Assembly: GCA_964188305.1 (NCBI GenBank)
Contig: OZ076896.1
Origin: Podarcis bocagei
Taxonomy: Eukaryota
Reading direction: 5' to 3' (one strand)
DNA: 64,000 bases
Shown here in pieces: positions 51,201-62,220 of the stretch; the first letter of the stretch is position 1, and each line of letters starts with the position of its first letter. The position numbers were made by a program, and so were the translations under genes. The notes under the pieces were generated by a model, which saw only the letters and a list, made by a program, of their open reading frames with translations, was not told the DNA's origin and ran no database searches.

Positions 51201-54200
51201 TCTTCTCACCCACATGGGAGGCTAGGAGACTGGGAAACGGGGCTCCCAGGGCAGACCTTGGTGAAGACTTCACTCATCCAGAACCACTCTGGGAGTACTT
51301 AAGGTGAGCTGTGGAGAGCTGCGGAGAGTGGAGTCACCACAGTGGGCATCAGGATTGCCCTCCCATCCTCCCTTTAATATACTGGTTTATAGGTTGTCTG
51401 CTGGAGAGTGACAGTCCCACTTTGACCTTGCTATGGATCATTTTATCACACTGTTTGGCCAGGTCTGCAGGTTTTGCGTACTTCAGCGCAATCATCACAA
51501 CTTTACGGTAGAAAAGCCATTAGGCTGGATCACTACTGAGGATGGGCAGAGGGAGAGACCCCTCTCAAGTTGTCTCATAGGAGGATCCCCTTAAAGGATT
51601 TTGGAGGGCTGCACTTTTTATCCAGATGCCAAATCACCCCCTACTGCTGATCATTGGGGGTTCCCCATCTGTGCTACCTCCCTCCCTAAATTTTGGTCAA
51701 CCCCAGTGCTTCATCAACCAGCAAGCAGGCTGGTGGATCCTTGTAATGCAATGCCTGATGCCTATGCCAAACCTGTTGCATCCGTAATAAATAAAGATGT
51801 GGTCTAACTTGAATCCAACACCTGTCTCCTGTTTCATCCTTTGCTTGTGTGCTCCACCACTGCCTCACTGTGCTTGGGCTTGCAGATAACAATTCTATAA
51901 CAACTCAAAGCTAAGGAGATGCCCTCTGGGGTAAACAAAGACTACTTTCTCCAGCCTTCATTCATTTTACCTTAAAAGCTAGGCATACTTTCCAAGCTAT
52001 AAGCTTCTCCCTTGCATTAAGGATGACTGGATACCGTACTTCTTTCCCTTCACTGTCCCGCTCTACTTTTCCATCCAGTGCAGGGGATTTACGAGCTTCT
52101 GCATGTGCATAATCTGGTCCTACCGTGTATACCTTTATTTGGAAATAAAAAAATACAACAGAATAAAAAACTTGTTTTTTTGGTTCATTACTTTTTCATT
52201 TCATAGTCAGCTCCTGGGCCTCTAAAGTCATACTCATTACTTTCACATCATGGGGAGATTAGTGACAAAATGAAAAGCGCTACAAGTTCCAATGCTATAC
52301 TGTATCCATGTCCCAATTGGCAATCTAATCTTGCTGAAAGTTTCATATTACAGCTTCTGCTACTACCAATTTATTTAACATGACTCCTAATCAGATAGCT
52401 TACAATCTTTGGCCAGGATTCAAAGAATGTGCAATCAGCTCTGCATACCCAAAGGGATTTAGATTTGTTTTTCTTTAAACTGCTCCCTGTCCACATCGCA
52501 TGGCAGCCAGATAATGTACTATGGGAGTTTCAAAAGCAGTGGTATGTTTATTCAAATAAAAAAGTAAAAGATTTCCCTCGTCTTGCCTAAAATAGCTCTC
52601 TGAATCCAACCCTTTGTACAGGATGAACCCACAAAGAATTAAAGTAGGCACAATTGATTTGTTAGGATTATATTATATCTATAATTATCAAACTTCCAAA
52701 CACTTAATTTTGGAAAGCCTCATGCCAATCTGTAGTTACAAGTTGTAATTTTCCTATGTAGAAATATTTTGTCTTAGTTTTCAAAGAATTTTGACAAATA
52801 AAAAAACCAACAAAATCCAGCTGCTGTATGATTAACTGATAATGAATGTTTAGGCAGCTTTGGAGACCACCAAGAGCTACATCAACTGCTCACAGAAATG
52901 CTCCATGATTGCTGAAGACAACTGTTTCCAGACTGTACAGATCAGTCAAAAACATCTCAGTATTTGAAGCATAGTTTTATGATTTAGGAATGCAGGTCCA
53001 TCCCTATACACTTTCTTGGAATTTTGGTCTAACACAATGTACTTTATTTTCAAGAAAGTATGCTTAGGATTGAAATGTTAGAATAATTTCATTTCAGGAC
53101 AAATGTATTTGTCTGAATACACATTCAGAAAACAGTATGGCAGCATGTTTATATTCTTTTTGAATGGTAAACTGTAATCACAAGAGTATCTAGAGAGAGA
53201 GACAAACTAAAACATGAAGTGTTCCTTTTACTTGGAGAAAACAAAACATGATATGTAAACTATTTTAAGTTTAATAATAGCAGTGCTTCAGGCAGAGATA
53301 AATGCCTCACATCTAAAGTTGCCGAGTTCGTTAAGTACTTGATTGTTCTAAATATAAACCAGAATATGCAGTTGTCATACCTTCACATCAGTGCCATCTG
53401 TAGGCATGAACTCCTCATAGATATATGAACCAGTTTTCCTCACACTGCTTTCAGGGGAATAAACACTGCTTCTGCTACCGATCTGAAACACAAACCTTCC
53501 CATCAATATTATTTCATACAAAGACAAAGCCTTCTCAGATCCATAAAACCCTGTACTTCTTTCGTCATCCCTCCCTAGCCTATTTTCCCCCTAGCACTTC
53601 AAAAGTAAAACCAAAAGCAACCTTATGTTATAAAGGTTTATTGTGGTGTAAAAAGGGCAGAAATGTTTAAGGAGGAAAGAGAAAAATCTAGATAGGCTGA
53701 CTCTCCCATGACATAAGCAGACCCAGAAGATTCTCTAGGCAGGTAACCTGAGGTCTCTCAAGTTCACAGAGCATGGAAATAGAAAGGGGCAAACATTCTC
53801 CACACCCACGCTACTCTGCCCATTCCAAGGCACCATCACTCAGTCCAACCTTGCCTCAGTAACACATGAACTTTGCATGCGAAAGATCCAATGGTTTAAT
53901 CCCTGGCATTTCTGACAGGGCTGGGAAAACCTTGTTAGAAGCCCTGGAGAGCTACTGAGGTGGACTAATGGACTGACACAAAATAAACTCTCAGAATACT
54001 TCTGGTGGTAATGATACATAGCGTGTGAGATTGCTTCAAATGAGAGATGGGGAGATAAACTGGGTGTAAGACAAGTTGTGAGCTATTTTGAACACAATTT
54101 TGAAAACTTTACATCATTTGCTCATTATACATTTCCATATTACAGAGCCATCCTCTGTCATGTTATTCAGTGGATAACCATTTCTATTAATGGAGATATT

Positions 54201-57200
54201 CTCTTCCCCATTCCTTTTTCACTCTTCCTTATGGGTCAAGTCCAAAGTACACAATTTAGCTGCAACCTTCCAGCTAATGCTATTTCCAACATTTTCCTAA
54301 GAACTGAGTAAGTTAGTTCTTTCCACCCTATAAATACATTTCAGTGCTTAAAAAACATTTTTACTATTATTCAGTTTAACATATTCTCACTTTCCGAAAG
54401 AGCCTCTGACTTCCACCACCAGCAGATGTTGGATAGTAAATATAAACATTGTGGTCCTCAGCACTGACGGGCTTCTCCACAAATGGTTTTTGGAAAACTT
54501 CTCCGTTCACCTCCACATGATCTTCACCTTCAATCAAATTGCATTCTGGAAAATAACACGAAGTGCAGACTTTAGGCTGGAGATACAATTAAGAGATCAA
54601 AATTTCATCAAACCTGGAGGAGGAGGAAAATGGCTTGAACCTCTAATGTAGCACTGCATCAAGCAAGCAAGATTACTAATCAGAAAAAAAAAAGTTTAGA
54701 ACAGAGCCCGTTGAAAATTCCATTATAATAGCCATTACCTTGTGGATTGTTTGGATCACGGATTAGAACTGCGTAACGAGGGAGTAAAATACCTTCAGCT
54801 TCGAGAATGCCATAAACCTCTCTCCTAAAATAATATTTTTTTCACAAAATGAATATTATCAATGAATTATGCATTCAAAACATTTCTCTAAAAAGTCACA
54901 TAATTACTATTATCAATGAATTATGCATTCAAAACATTTCTCTAAAAAGTCACATAATCACTATATAAGGATGGTATCAAAGTAGTAAGATCTGGATTTT
55001 TCTTCCACTCCCCTGGTTCTGGTATAAAGTGGGTACACGTGAACATACCACTCTTCAGGGAAGTAGCTAAAATCTGCCCAGACAAGGAGAACAGAAGTGT
55101 ATACCACCTCTCCTCAAGGAAGATAAGGAGGACACATTCATTCATTCATTCATTCATTGGGAATTGAAGTTTAGCCTAGAGCATTTCTTGTATCTGTTGA
55201 GTGTCTAGCTTTGACAAATATGCACAATTCATCCATCGGGCATATTCTTTTTTACATTCTATTGCTTTCATGACTCTAATTCATGATTATAATCTGTGCA
55301 GGAACACATAATTGGAATAGACACTAAACTGTATCCTGTTCTGTTTACTGTACCTTTCATAAACTTATTATTTACTGTTTTAAGGTGAACACTCTATATA
55401 CATTTCTTAGCTGAATAGTATTCCATTTTAGTTACATAACAGCTTTTTACTAGCTTTCTTTTCTTTATGTTAACTACTTTACCTCCATAATAATCAATCT
55501 GATGAGACAGCATTTCATTGAGGCCTTTTAAATATCGTACTAAGCACTTGTTCTTCAACAACTAGAGTGTGGGATATTTATTTATGGCTATTTACTTACC
55601 TGTCTTGTATGTGATATTGCATATTCAAGTCATTAATAACAAAAGGATTCCTCAGTTTTGAATAGGCAACTGCTTTGTCTAATGGAAATCCTAAATAAAA
55701 ATATTACAGAATATTAGTTCACAATGATTACATTTGTATAATTCTTGGTGATGGATTGGAATTCTTACTTTCCAAATTGACCTATGTGAAGAGGCTGTGC
55801 AAATTATCTGTAATCCCTTCAACTTTGAATAGTATCTGGTTTCAAGTGAGTCATATTCATATTGCTCCAACTGGCTTAGAAATTTTCCTTAGTTTTTATT
55901 CCTTGTTTTAGTCAGCTAAGAAAGGATAAGTTCCCATTACTTCACTACATTGGACTTCTCCCATCCCAAAGTGGCCTTGCTTTTAAAAGAAGGCATTGAT
56001 GCACCAATTGCAGTACAATTATCAGCATGTTTGCTTAGAAATATATATATTTTATTTCAGTGAGACTTGCTCACTAATAAGTGAGTTAAGGAATGTGGAT
56101 GTATATCGTATGTAGTTTTTGCCCTTGCTCCAAAAAGGGTACTAGCACAAAGTTATTATTACCTACTGACAAAACAGTAAGTGGCTGACTGAACGGTTTA
56201 AAAAAATAAATAAATAGTACACCCACTTTCTGTTACCATCACAGCATGAGCCCTTTGCAAACTAGAGCTTCCTGGAAATCCTAGTTTTGAGCAGGGAAGC
56301 CCCCGGGGGGGGGGAAAGCTCTAAATTCTCCTCCCTCTGAATAGACATTGCATTTAAAATATAAATAGGGGTTTCCATTATATATACTTTACCCTGAGTA
56401 TAATATTCTAAACATGCCAATGCACAAGTAAATTCCATATAAATAAATGGATTTTCTTCTAAGGAAGTGTTTTTTATTGCAGTGTGAAACAGGTTGACAC
56501 TGCTTTGTAGCAAATAGGTAAGGTAAAGGTAAAGGACCCCTGGACAGTTAAGTCCAATCAAAGGTGATTATGGGGTATGGCGCACATCTCGCTTTTCAGG
56601 CTGAGGGAGCCAGCTTTTGTCCACAGACAGCTTTCTGAGTCATGTGGCCAGCATGACTAAACTTCTAATGGCACACGGAGGACTGTGACAAGTGCCAGAG
56701 CACACAGAAACAGCGTTTACCTTTGTACTGTAGCCATACCTATTTATATACTTGCATTTCTATGCTTTTGAACTGCTAGGTTGGCAGAAGCTGGGACAGA
56801 GCAATGGGAGCTCACCACTGTTGTGTGTATTTGAACCGCTGACCTTTCAATCAGCAAGCCCAAGAGACTCAGTGGTTTAGACCACAGTGAAATATCAAGT
56901 TAATTGAAACATTATGTTCCCTTTATTACTACAAACTACTGCTCTGGTTCGCCAGAAGCGGCTTAGTCATGCTGGCCACATGACCTGGAAGCTGTACACC
57001 AGCTCCCTTGGCCAATAAAGCGAGATGAGCGCCACAACCCCAGAGTTGGCCACATCTGGACCTAATGGTCAGGGGTCCCTTTACCTTTACCTTTTACTGA
57101 ATATTTTACTGCACACATATATACATTTTAAAATAGTGTTGCTTAAGGCAATATTAAAATTACATTTATTTCCAAAAAGGCAAAAAGATTCAAACTTAAT

Positions 57201-57305
57201 ACATGCAATATGAAGACATTTTACATTATTGTGATTATTGATGTGTTTTATTATTGATATATTTGCCACCCTGACTTCCTTTGGGAGAAAGGGAAGGATA
57301 TAAAA

Positions 57306-57341
<36 letters not shown>

Positions 57342-58872
57342 AAACAAGAGAGAGTAATTACCTTTAGAATGAAAAGAAATGAGACAGTCACATAAAGGCC
57401 AGTTTTCCACAGGTTCATTCAAAATCACATCTTCTTCAAATATTACTACTGTGATATATTTAAACATGGAAAGGCGTTCAAGGATTTCATTCATTGGTTT
57501 TGATTTTGATTTCTTTGCCATAGAACATATTCCAACCATGATCTGTCTTTCTGGTGGCTAGTAATAATAATTTTAAAAAGGTCAGTAACATAAATTTGGG
57601 TTTCAAAGCTTTTCACCATATGCTAACTGAAGAATGACCATGCAATATTCTTACTAAGTATTAAACAACAGGCTCATTTCACAAACCTTTATTATGCTTA
57701 AGGGGCAGGGAATGTAACCTGATATCAGAGTTTCATACTCTTTGTGAAAAATACAGTCTTGACAAGCAAGGTTGTAGAAACAATGATAATATATAAAACA
57801 TAAAACATAGTAAGCCCATGCTGAAAGTTTTCTTAAAAGTGAAATTGTTCACAAAGGCATTAGCTATGTCCCATCTACAACCTTCCGACAAACTTAACCA
57901 ACCCTGTAAATCTAAGAGTGCCACTTGCAAGTAAAAATATTCTTCTGACTGGAATAAATTTACAAAGCGACAGCTTCAGAAACCCCATTAATTTCAATGT
58001 CAGTTGTGAAGGATGCCCATGAAGCTGTGGTAAGAAGCTGTATGACAGCAGTGTGTTGGAATGTGTCCACAATAGTACGTGACTATGATGATACTTGAAG
58101 CAACAAAATGTTTCACAGCTAGGAAAAGAAATAAATATATTCTGTATTTATTATTTAAACAGGTGAGAGACTTAACTTTCAATCCAATAAATGAAATTTT
58201 AGTCAACAAGAGTAAAACTAGAGTGAAACTAGGATATTAGTACTATATGACTTTTACTTTAACTGTTCTTCTTCAAAATGACCATTCAACAACTGTAACT
58301 AAAAGCTATTTTTAATAAATAAAATAGCTTGTTCCATAAATCTTTCCAAATCTTAGAATCTAAGATGTTAGTTTAACCATAACTGTTTCTTAATATTGCA
58401 AATATGAAACTTTGGGGCTCTTCTAAATAGTTTGAACCTGTTTCTTAATATTGAAATTATGAAACTTTGGCACTCTTCTAAAAGCTATCACAGTTTATAC
58501 ATATTGTATAAACTGCTGAAACTGGTCTTGATCAATTTGGTTTTAATTTAGCAAATGCCAATGTGTTTCTTTACAACTATACCTAACTAAGCATTTAAAC
58601 ACTTTGCTGAAATGGGGCCATAGTGCTTATTGCTTTTTATGCTCATTTCCTATCTTCTCTGCTAACAACGCTTTAGTATCTTATCAACTCAAACAATTAC
58701 TTGCCCCCAAACAATGAAACAAAGTACATACAGAATCATACTCATCGTCTTCATCTTCATGATCATAAAAGGCTTCAAATTCTGCAGACCTGGATGGATT
58801 CAAAAACTCATCTGGATCTTCACCACCCACAAAAAATCTAGGAATTTCGCCTTCGGTTGCAGTAACAGACAT
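21538..58872 (-). CDS. PPIP5K2: PPIP5K2, diphosphoinositol pentakisphosphate kinase 2 (multi-exon CDS span, 30 coding exons, ~1226 aa)
   Basis: Exons translate to the recalled human PPIP5K2 sequence ([103 protein letters not shown]). Splice phases join without frameshift. The C-terminal region ([21 protein letters not shown]) matches PPIP5K2 rather than PPIP5K1. Confidence 0.97.
22077..22196 (-). CDS. PPIP5K2: PPIP5K2 exon 30 ([40 protein letters not shown])
   Basis: 120 nt, [10 protein letters not shown] motif, donor CAA|GTAAGT. Confidence 0.92.
23775..23924 (-). CDS. PPIP5K2: PPIP5K2 exon 29 ([21 protein letters not shown]...STFSL)
   Basis: 150 nt, TTTTTCAG| ... TGC|GTAATT. Confidence 0.92.
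26758..27050 (-). mobile_element. L2-clade LINE 3' fragment
   Basis: Encodes [17 protein letters not shown]...[15 protein letters not shown] (L2 ORF2 C-terminus). Confidence 0.85.
27899..27961 (-). CDS. PPIP5K2: PPIP5K2 exon 28 ([22 protein letters not shown])
   Basis: 63 nt symmetric phase-1 exon. Confidence 0.95.
28766..28885 (-). CDS. PPIP5K2: PPIP5K2 exon 27 ([40 protein letters not shown])
   Basis: 120 nt symmetric phase-1 exon. Confidence 0.95.
29889..30219. mobile_element. Tc1/pogo-type MITE
   Basis: TA-CTGTACTGGCCTGAATATAAGC ... GCTTATATTGGGGCCAACACAG-TA. Confidence 0.8.
31073..31142 (-). CDS. PPIP5K2: PPIP5K2 exon 26 ([23 protein letters not shown])
   Basis: 70 nt, phase 0 to phase 1; similar to recalled human [20 protein letters not shown]. 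Confidence 0.9.
31730..31835. repeat. Old palindromic element (related copies ~19400-19505, 42295-42415, 50310-50425)
   Basis: AGACCCACTGAAATGAA...TTCATTAATTTCAGTGGGTCT hairpin. Confidence 0.6.
32504..32667. other. 164-N gap (assembly gap or masking)
   Basis: Run of n. Confidence 0.99.
32668..32714 (-). CDS. PPIP5K2: PPIP5K2 exon 25, visible 5' part only ([16 protein letters not shown]...); remainder lies in the N gap
   Basis: Strong acceptor CCCCCTTTCTCACTTCCAG|GAA; matches recalled human [16 protein letters not shown]. Confidence 0.9.
35574..35747 (-). CDS. PPIP5K2: PPIP5K2 exon 24 ([10 protein letters not shown]...[20 protein letters not shown])
   Basis: 174 nt, CAG| ... GAA|GTAAGT. Confidence 0.94.
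35930..36154 (+). mobile_element. CR1 LINE 3' end
   Basis: Encodes ...[34 protein letters not shown]...; (ATTCTATG)n tail. Confidence 0.92.
37141..37383. mobile_element. Tc1/pogo-type MITE (same TIR as 180-650)
   Basis: Perfect TIR CAGTGGTACCT / AGGTACCACTG, TA on both sides. Confidence 0.9.
37444..37560 (-). CDS. PPIP5K2: PPIP5K2 exon 23 ([17 protein letters not shown]...YRPASRE)
   Basis: 117 nt, AG/GT flanks. Confidence 0.96.
37641..37748 (-). CDS. PPIP5K2: PPIP5K2 exon 22 ([14 protein letters not shown]...YEDPNK)
   Basis: 108 nt, AG/GT flanks. Confidence 0.96.
38753..38867 (-). CDS. PPIP5K2: PPIP5K2 exon 21 ([38 protein letters not shown])
   Basis: 115 nt, AG/GT flanks. Confidence 0.96.
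39284..39323. repeat. (AGGC)n microsatellite
   Basis: Direct inspection. Confidence 0.95.
39620..39747 (-). CDS. PPIP5K2: PPIP5K2 exon 20 ([17 protein letters not shown]...NKLHPL)
   Basis: 128 nt, AG/GT flanks. Confidence 0.96.
40639..40862 (-). CDS. PPIP5K2: PPIP5K2 exon 19 ([17 protein letters not shown]...ADIVIPQ)
   Basis: 224 nt, AG/GT flanks. Confidence 0.97.
41557..41698 (-). CDS. PPIP5K2: PPIP5K2 exon 18 ([13 protein letters not shown]...MEDPKSA)
   Basis: 142 nt, AG/GT flanks. Confidence 0.96.
42945..43127 (-). CDS. PPIP5K2: PPIP5K2 exon 17 ([18 protein letters not shown]...DEDYEK)
   Basis: 183 nt, AG/GT flanks. Confidence 0.96.
43488..43853. mobile_element. Degenerate hAT-like MITE
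   Basis: CAGAGGTCATCAACC ... GGTTGGCAGTCCCT termini; no clean TSD. Confidence 0.5.
44858..44979 (-). CDS. PPIP5K2: PPIP5K2 exon 16 ([22 protein letters not shown]...AAAFAK)
   Basis: 122 nt, AG/GT flanks. Confidence 0.96.
45093..45218 (-). CDS. PPIP5K2: PPIP5K2 exon 15 ([20 protein letters not shown]...YPGGQG)
   Basis: 126 nt, AG/GT flanks. Confidence 0.96.
46315..46400 (-). CDS. PPIP5K2: PPIP5K2 exon 14 ([28 protein letters not shown])
   Basis: 86 nt, AG/GT flanks. Confidence 0.96.
46482..46543. repeat. (TG)n microsatellite
   Basis: Direct inspection. Confidence 0.97.
47102..47275. mobile_element. GC-rich hAT-type MITE
   Basis: TIR CAGTGGCGGAG / CTCCGCCAGTG, 8-bp TSD CCTATGGA (47094, 47276). 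Confidence 0.88.
47662..47771 (-). CDS. PPIP5K2: PPIP5K2 exon 13 ([10 protein letters not shown]...KTVLEM)
   Basis: 110 nt, AG/GT flanks. Confidence 0.96.
47862..47937 (-). CDS. PPIP5K2: PPIP5K2 exon 12 ([25 protein letters not shown])
   Basis: 76 nt; donor is CAG|GCAAGT (GC-AG intron). Confidence 0.94.
48064..48227 (+). mobile_element. L2-clade 3' end with (GTT)n tail
   Basis: Reverse complement of the 61860 element terminus, then a GTT microsatellite. Confidence 0.8.
49159..49245 (-). CDS. PPIP5K2: PPIP5K2 exon 11 ([29 protein letters not shown])
   Basis: 87 nt, RHxxRxP acid-phosphatase motif. Confidence 0.97.
49485..49586 (-). CDS. PPIP5K2: PPIP5K2 exon 10 ([16 protein letters not shown]...TTSGTM)
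   Basis: 102 nt, AG/GT flanks. Confidence 0.96.
50495..50616 (-). CDS. PPIP5K2: PPIP5K2 exon 9 ([10 protein letters not shown]...DVNGFSFVK...AKILG)
   Basis: 122 nt, metal-binding DVNG motif. Confidence 0.97.
51015..51890 (+). mobile_element. Possible solo LTR
   Basis: GC-richer block with TG...CA-like ends, TACTTAA TATA-like box and AATAAA near the 3' end; no clear TSD. Confidence 0.3.
51971..52132 (-). CDS. PPIP5K2: PPIP5K2 exon 8 ([17 protein letters not shown]...VCLAFK)
   Basis: 162 nt, AAG acceptor, GT donor. Confidence 0.96.
53381..53482 (-). CDS. PPIP5K2: PPIP5K2 exon 7 ([12 protein letters not shown]...TDGTDVK)
   Basis: 102 nt, AG/GT flanks. Confidence 0.96.
54391..54545 (-). CDS. 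PPIP5K2: PPIP5K2 exon 6 ([10 protein letters not shown]...[10 protein letters not shown])
   Basis: 155 nt, ATP-grasp kinase core. Confidence 0.97.
54739..54824 (-). CDS. PPIP5K2: PPIP5K2 exon 5 ([28 protein letters not shown])
   Basis: 86 nt, AG/GT flanks. Confidence 0.95.
54854..54963. repeat. 54-bp tandem duplication
   Basis: TATTATCAATGAATTATGCATTCAAAACATTTCTCTAAAAAGTCACATAAT at 54854 and 54908. Confidence 0.95.
55600..55690 (-). CDS. PPIP5K2: PPIP5K2 exon 4 ([31 protein letters not shown])
   Basis: 91 nt, AG/GT flanks. Confidence 0.96.
56516..56889 (-). mobile_element. Sauria SINE (diverged)
   Basis: (AAAGGT)n tail and body similar to the 17813 element. Confidence 0.88.
56940..57094 (+). 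mobile_element. Sauria SINE 3' half
   Basis: GCTGGCCACATGACC...GGGTCCCTTTACCTTTACC. Confidence 0.88.
57362..57557 (-). CDS. PPIP5K2: PPIP5K2 exon 3 ([13 protein letters not shown]...LISFHSK)
   Basis: 196 nt, TAG|CCA ... AAG|GTAATT. Confidence 0.96.
58383..58481. repeat. ~55-bp imperfect tandem duplication
   Basis: CTGTTTCTTAATATTG...ATGAAACTTTGG..CTCTTCTAAA twice. Confidence 0.85.
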
Positions 58873-59132
58873 GATTACAAATCCTAAAAAAGATCTACGT
58901 AGAAACGGCAGTCACTCTGAGAACTGAGACACTGTACATAATTCCCAGTGGCTAGGGTAATAAAAATCCTTGCCGTCTGGCACTGCTTACGCAGTTGCTT
59001 GTTACTCTGATAAAGTCAGCTGCCAAGTGCAGTTTAATTGATATCATCTGTCCATTGTTTCGAGTTGTTACAATCGTGAAGAAGAACCGTGCACGTTACG
59101 GCTTCCCTGAGATACTTTGGCAAATTTCAACC
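58732..59132 (-). CDS. PPIP5K2: PPIP5K2 exon 2 (5' UTR 58873-59132; CDS 58732-58872, [16 protein letters not shown]...EDDEYDS)
   Basis: Acceptor TCTCTCTTTTACCAG|G at 59132, donor TCT|GTATGT, PRFFVG motif and acidic tract. Confidence 0.9.
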
Positions 59133-61769
59133 CTGGTAAAAGAGAGAAAAGTAAAAAGATTGAAAATATTCCTTACTGTAATGAATTACTGAGAGATATT
59201 TAAGATAACCTACCCAAAAATACTTAACTTACTGCAAAATTCAAAGCTATTATTCACAATAGCCAAGCAATACAAAGCACCAAAAATAAAATTTATATTG
59301 AAAGATAAACATGTAAACAAAGTGGAAGTGTCATTTAACAGGCTGAATCATATCCACTTATTGCTCCTGAGAACTATGGAAGTAGAAAAACAGGAGTCAT
59401 CTGGGAATGGTAGACAAAGAGAAAAAGCAATGCAGAAACATAATGTCATATTTTACCATGTTCAGTAACAAAGTGGAAACAGCATTTGTGAGTAAACCAA
59501 AATTGCAAATTGAGTCATTTGTGTGCCAGGCTTTTCCCCCTGTTCTCCAACAAATACAAACATTATGCAACAACAAAACTAGGGGCTAAAAGTTTAACAA
59601 ATAAAAAGTCACAACATTTGTATATCTAGAAACACCATGGCTGACTAGCTAGAAGTAGTCTCTGAGATAAGGCACAGTTCTGCTTTCACTGCTCCCCATG
59701 TTGCTATAGCTATATCCACCAACTGAATCCCTCACATGATACAACAACCTGAATCCACTGGGGATCTAGCAAATGGAATATGGATTGTAGCTTCATAGTT
59801 CCTCTCAAGGAAAATGCACTGACTAAATTCATACTGTGGGTAAGAGCCTGAAGATATGCTCCAAAATGTTACCAAGTTGCTAAACAAATTCTCAGGACTT
59901 GGGGAACCTACAACATCCAAGGCAATAAAGAATGATTGAAAGTGGGGTGCAGGGAGAAAAGCAAAGGAAATAAAACTAAACTGCAGTCAATTTCCAGGTC
60001 AAGCAGGGAGGAGACTAACAGCCCTATGGTTTACCATGCATGACTCAGGCCAATGCAGCTGGGAGAAGGCAATAAAGTATAACATGAATTTAATGAGAAG
60101 TGATTTAATATACTTCAAAAGGTAAAAGGATTTTATAATCCAAGAAAGTAGAAAATCCCAGGCAGAAATGAACGCATCACTACAGAACAACTGGCTTTGA
60201 CAGCTCTTCTGTTGAGTTATTTATAGCCTGGTGAGGGTAAATTTTTTTCTAGGGATCAATGTCCATGATTTCCTCACATGCATAAACCTTGCATATTTTT
60301 TAAACCAGAACTTCATAGGTTTCATCGCTTGTTCTTAACATGACAGAAAGCAGTGGTATAGTTTCTGATGTCAACCAAATATTGTACCAATTTCAGTAGG
60401 GCATAAAGTAGTATTTTGACAGGCTAACATGGTCCAACCCAAAATTTCTGGAAGCATTTGAAGAGCACCTATTTCAACACACACACACGATATTATTATG
60501 AATATTTACTGAAAAGTAGGTCACACTGATTTAAGTTGTGTGCACAGGATCACATAAGGGATTTGCTGCCCACACTTCATACTGCCCTTTAGTTTCCTCA
60601 CCTTTTCCTAAGGACATATGACAGATTTCGAACTCTAGCTTGTATTTACAGTCCATGGAACTGCCCTTGTTGAGCCATGAAAATATGTTTTTCTTCCAGC
60701 CAAAGCTATCTCCCACCTCTTTCACAAAACATCATGAACTGCTCGTCAACATTCCACAACTGACTTTTCCTCCTCTGCACTTAAGAATGTTCATAAAATA
60801 CTCTGGGGTATTCAGAAACTAAGCCAACGGAATGATAGGGGAAGGAACTCATGCCAAACTCACTCAAACTAGGGGGGAAACGGAGGAAATGAAGAATGCA
60901 AGAAGAGAAGAGGGTGGGTCACAGGATGCTCCCAATCTTCCAATTATGGCTTGTAGGATCAGAAACATGATATCTGAACTAAGTTATTTCTGTAAGATGT
61001 TATGTTTATTTCCAATTTCTAAATATTCCATGGCATGGAAAAATATCTATAGTTTGGGGCAACAAATACATAACAGATCCACTGCTTGGTCTGAAAATTG
61101 ATGGCAAAGGAAACAAAAACATGTGGTTAGAAATGCTTTCAGTGTTATTTATCAGAATCTATTATTTTGGTATTTGAAATCCAGCTACTTGTACAGTTCA
61201 AAAGTTATGTACTATATTTATTTGCTTCTAGTAGTACAACAGTACAATTTTTTCCCCTACCGCCTTTTAAGTCCATCATTGGACAACTGGTGTCAAGGAA
61301 TTTTACTGGTGTAGATACATAGTTTAGCAGCATAAAGGATGAGGTCAATAAAGCTCCAAGGACAATATTTATTAGGTCACTGATAATGCCTAACCAACAG
61401 AGGGAAACACTACAAGAAAGGATTTATGTAGGAGTAATTAAAAGAAGTATAATAAAACAGACAATAAAATCTGATATTGATATGGATTGAAGGAAGGAAT
61501 AATTAAATATCTAGGGTCCAAATAATGTCAATTAATGCAAGTGCCCAAGGTAGTAACTCCTCCTCCTCCTCCTCCTCTTCTTCTTCTCACCTTTTAACAT
61601 GTTCTAGTAGTGTTAGGCATTATCAGTGACTAGGGATGTAAATTAAGGAACTGGAGTTGGGGGGAGAAAATCTGTATTTTTCTGACCAACTCACTGAAAT
61701 TGGCACTCTTACAATATTTTTAAACCTCCTATTTAATAAAAAATGTATTATAGATCAGTTAATGATTAG

Positions 61770-61804
61770 AAATAAATAAAATAATAAATAATAATAATAA
61801 AATA

Positions 61805-61853
<49 letters not shown>

Positions 61854-62220
61854 TAGTAATTTATACCCCACCCATCTGGCTGGGTTTCCCCAGCCACTCT
61901 GGGTGGCTTCCAACAAAATATTAAAATACAATAGTCTGTCAAACATTAAAAGCTTCCCTAAACAGGGCTGCCTCCAGATGTCTTCTAAAAGTCTGGTAGT
62001 TGTTTTTCTCTTTGACATCTGGTGGGAGAGTGTTCCGCAGGGCGGATGCCACTCCCAAGAAGGCCCTTTGCCTGGTTCCCTGTAACTTGGCTTCTCACAG
62101 CGAGGGAACTGCCAGAAGGCCCTTGGCACTGGGCAGAACAATGGGGTGGAGATGCTCCTTCAGGTATACCGTTTAGGGCTTTAAAGGTCAGCACCAACAC
62201 TTTGAATTGTGCTCAGAAAC
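61770..62220 (-). mobile_element. L2-clade LINE 3' fragment with AAT-repeat tail
   Basis: Near-identical to 26758-27050; (AAT)n at ~61790-61850. Confidence 0.85.
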
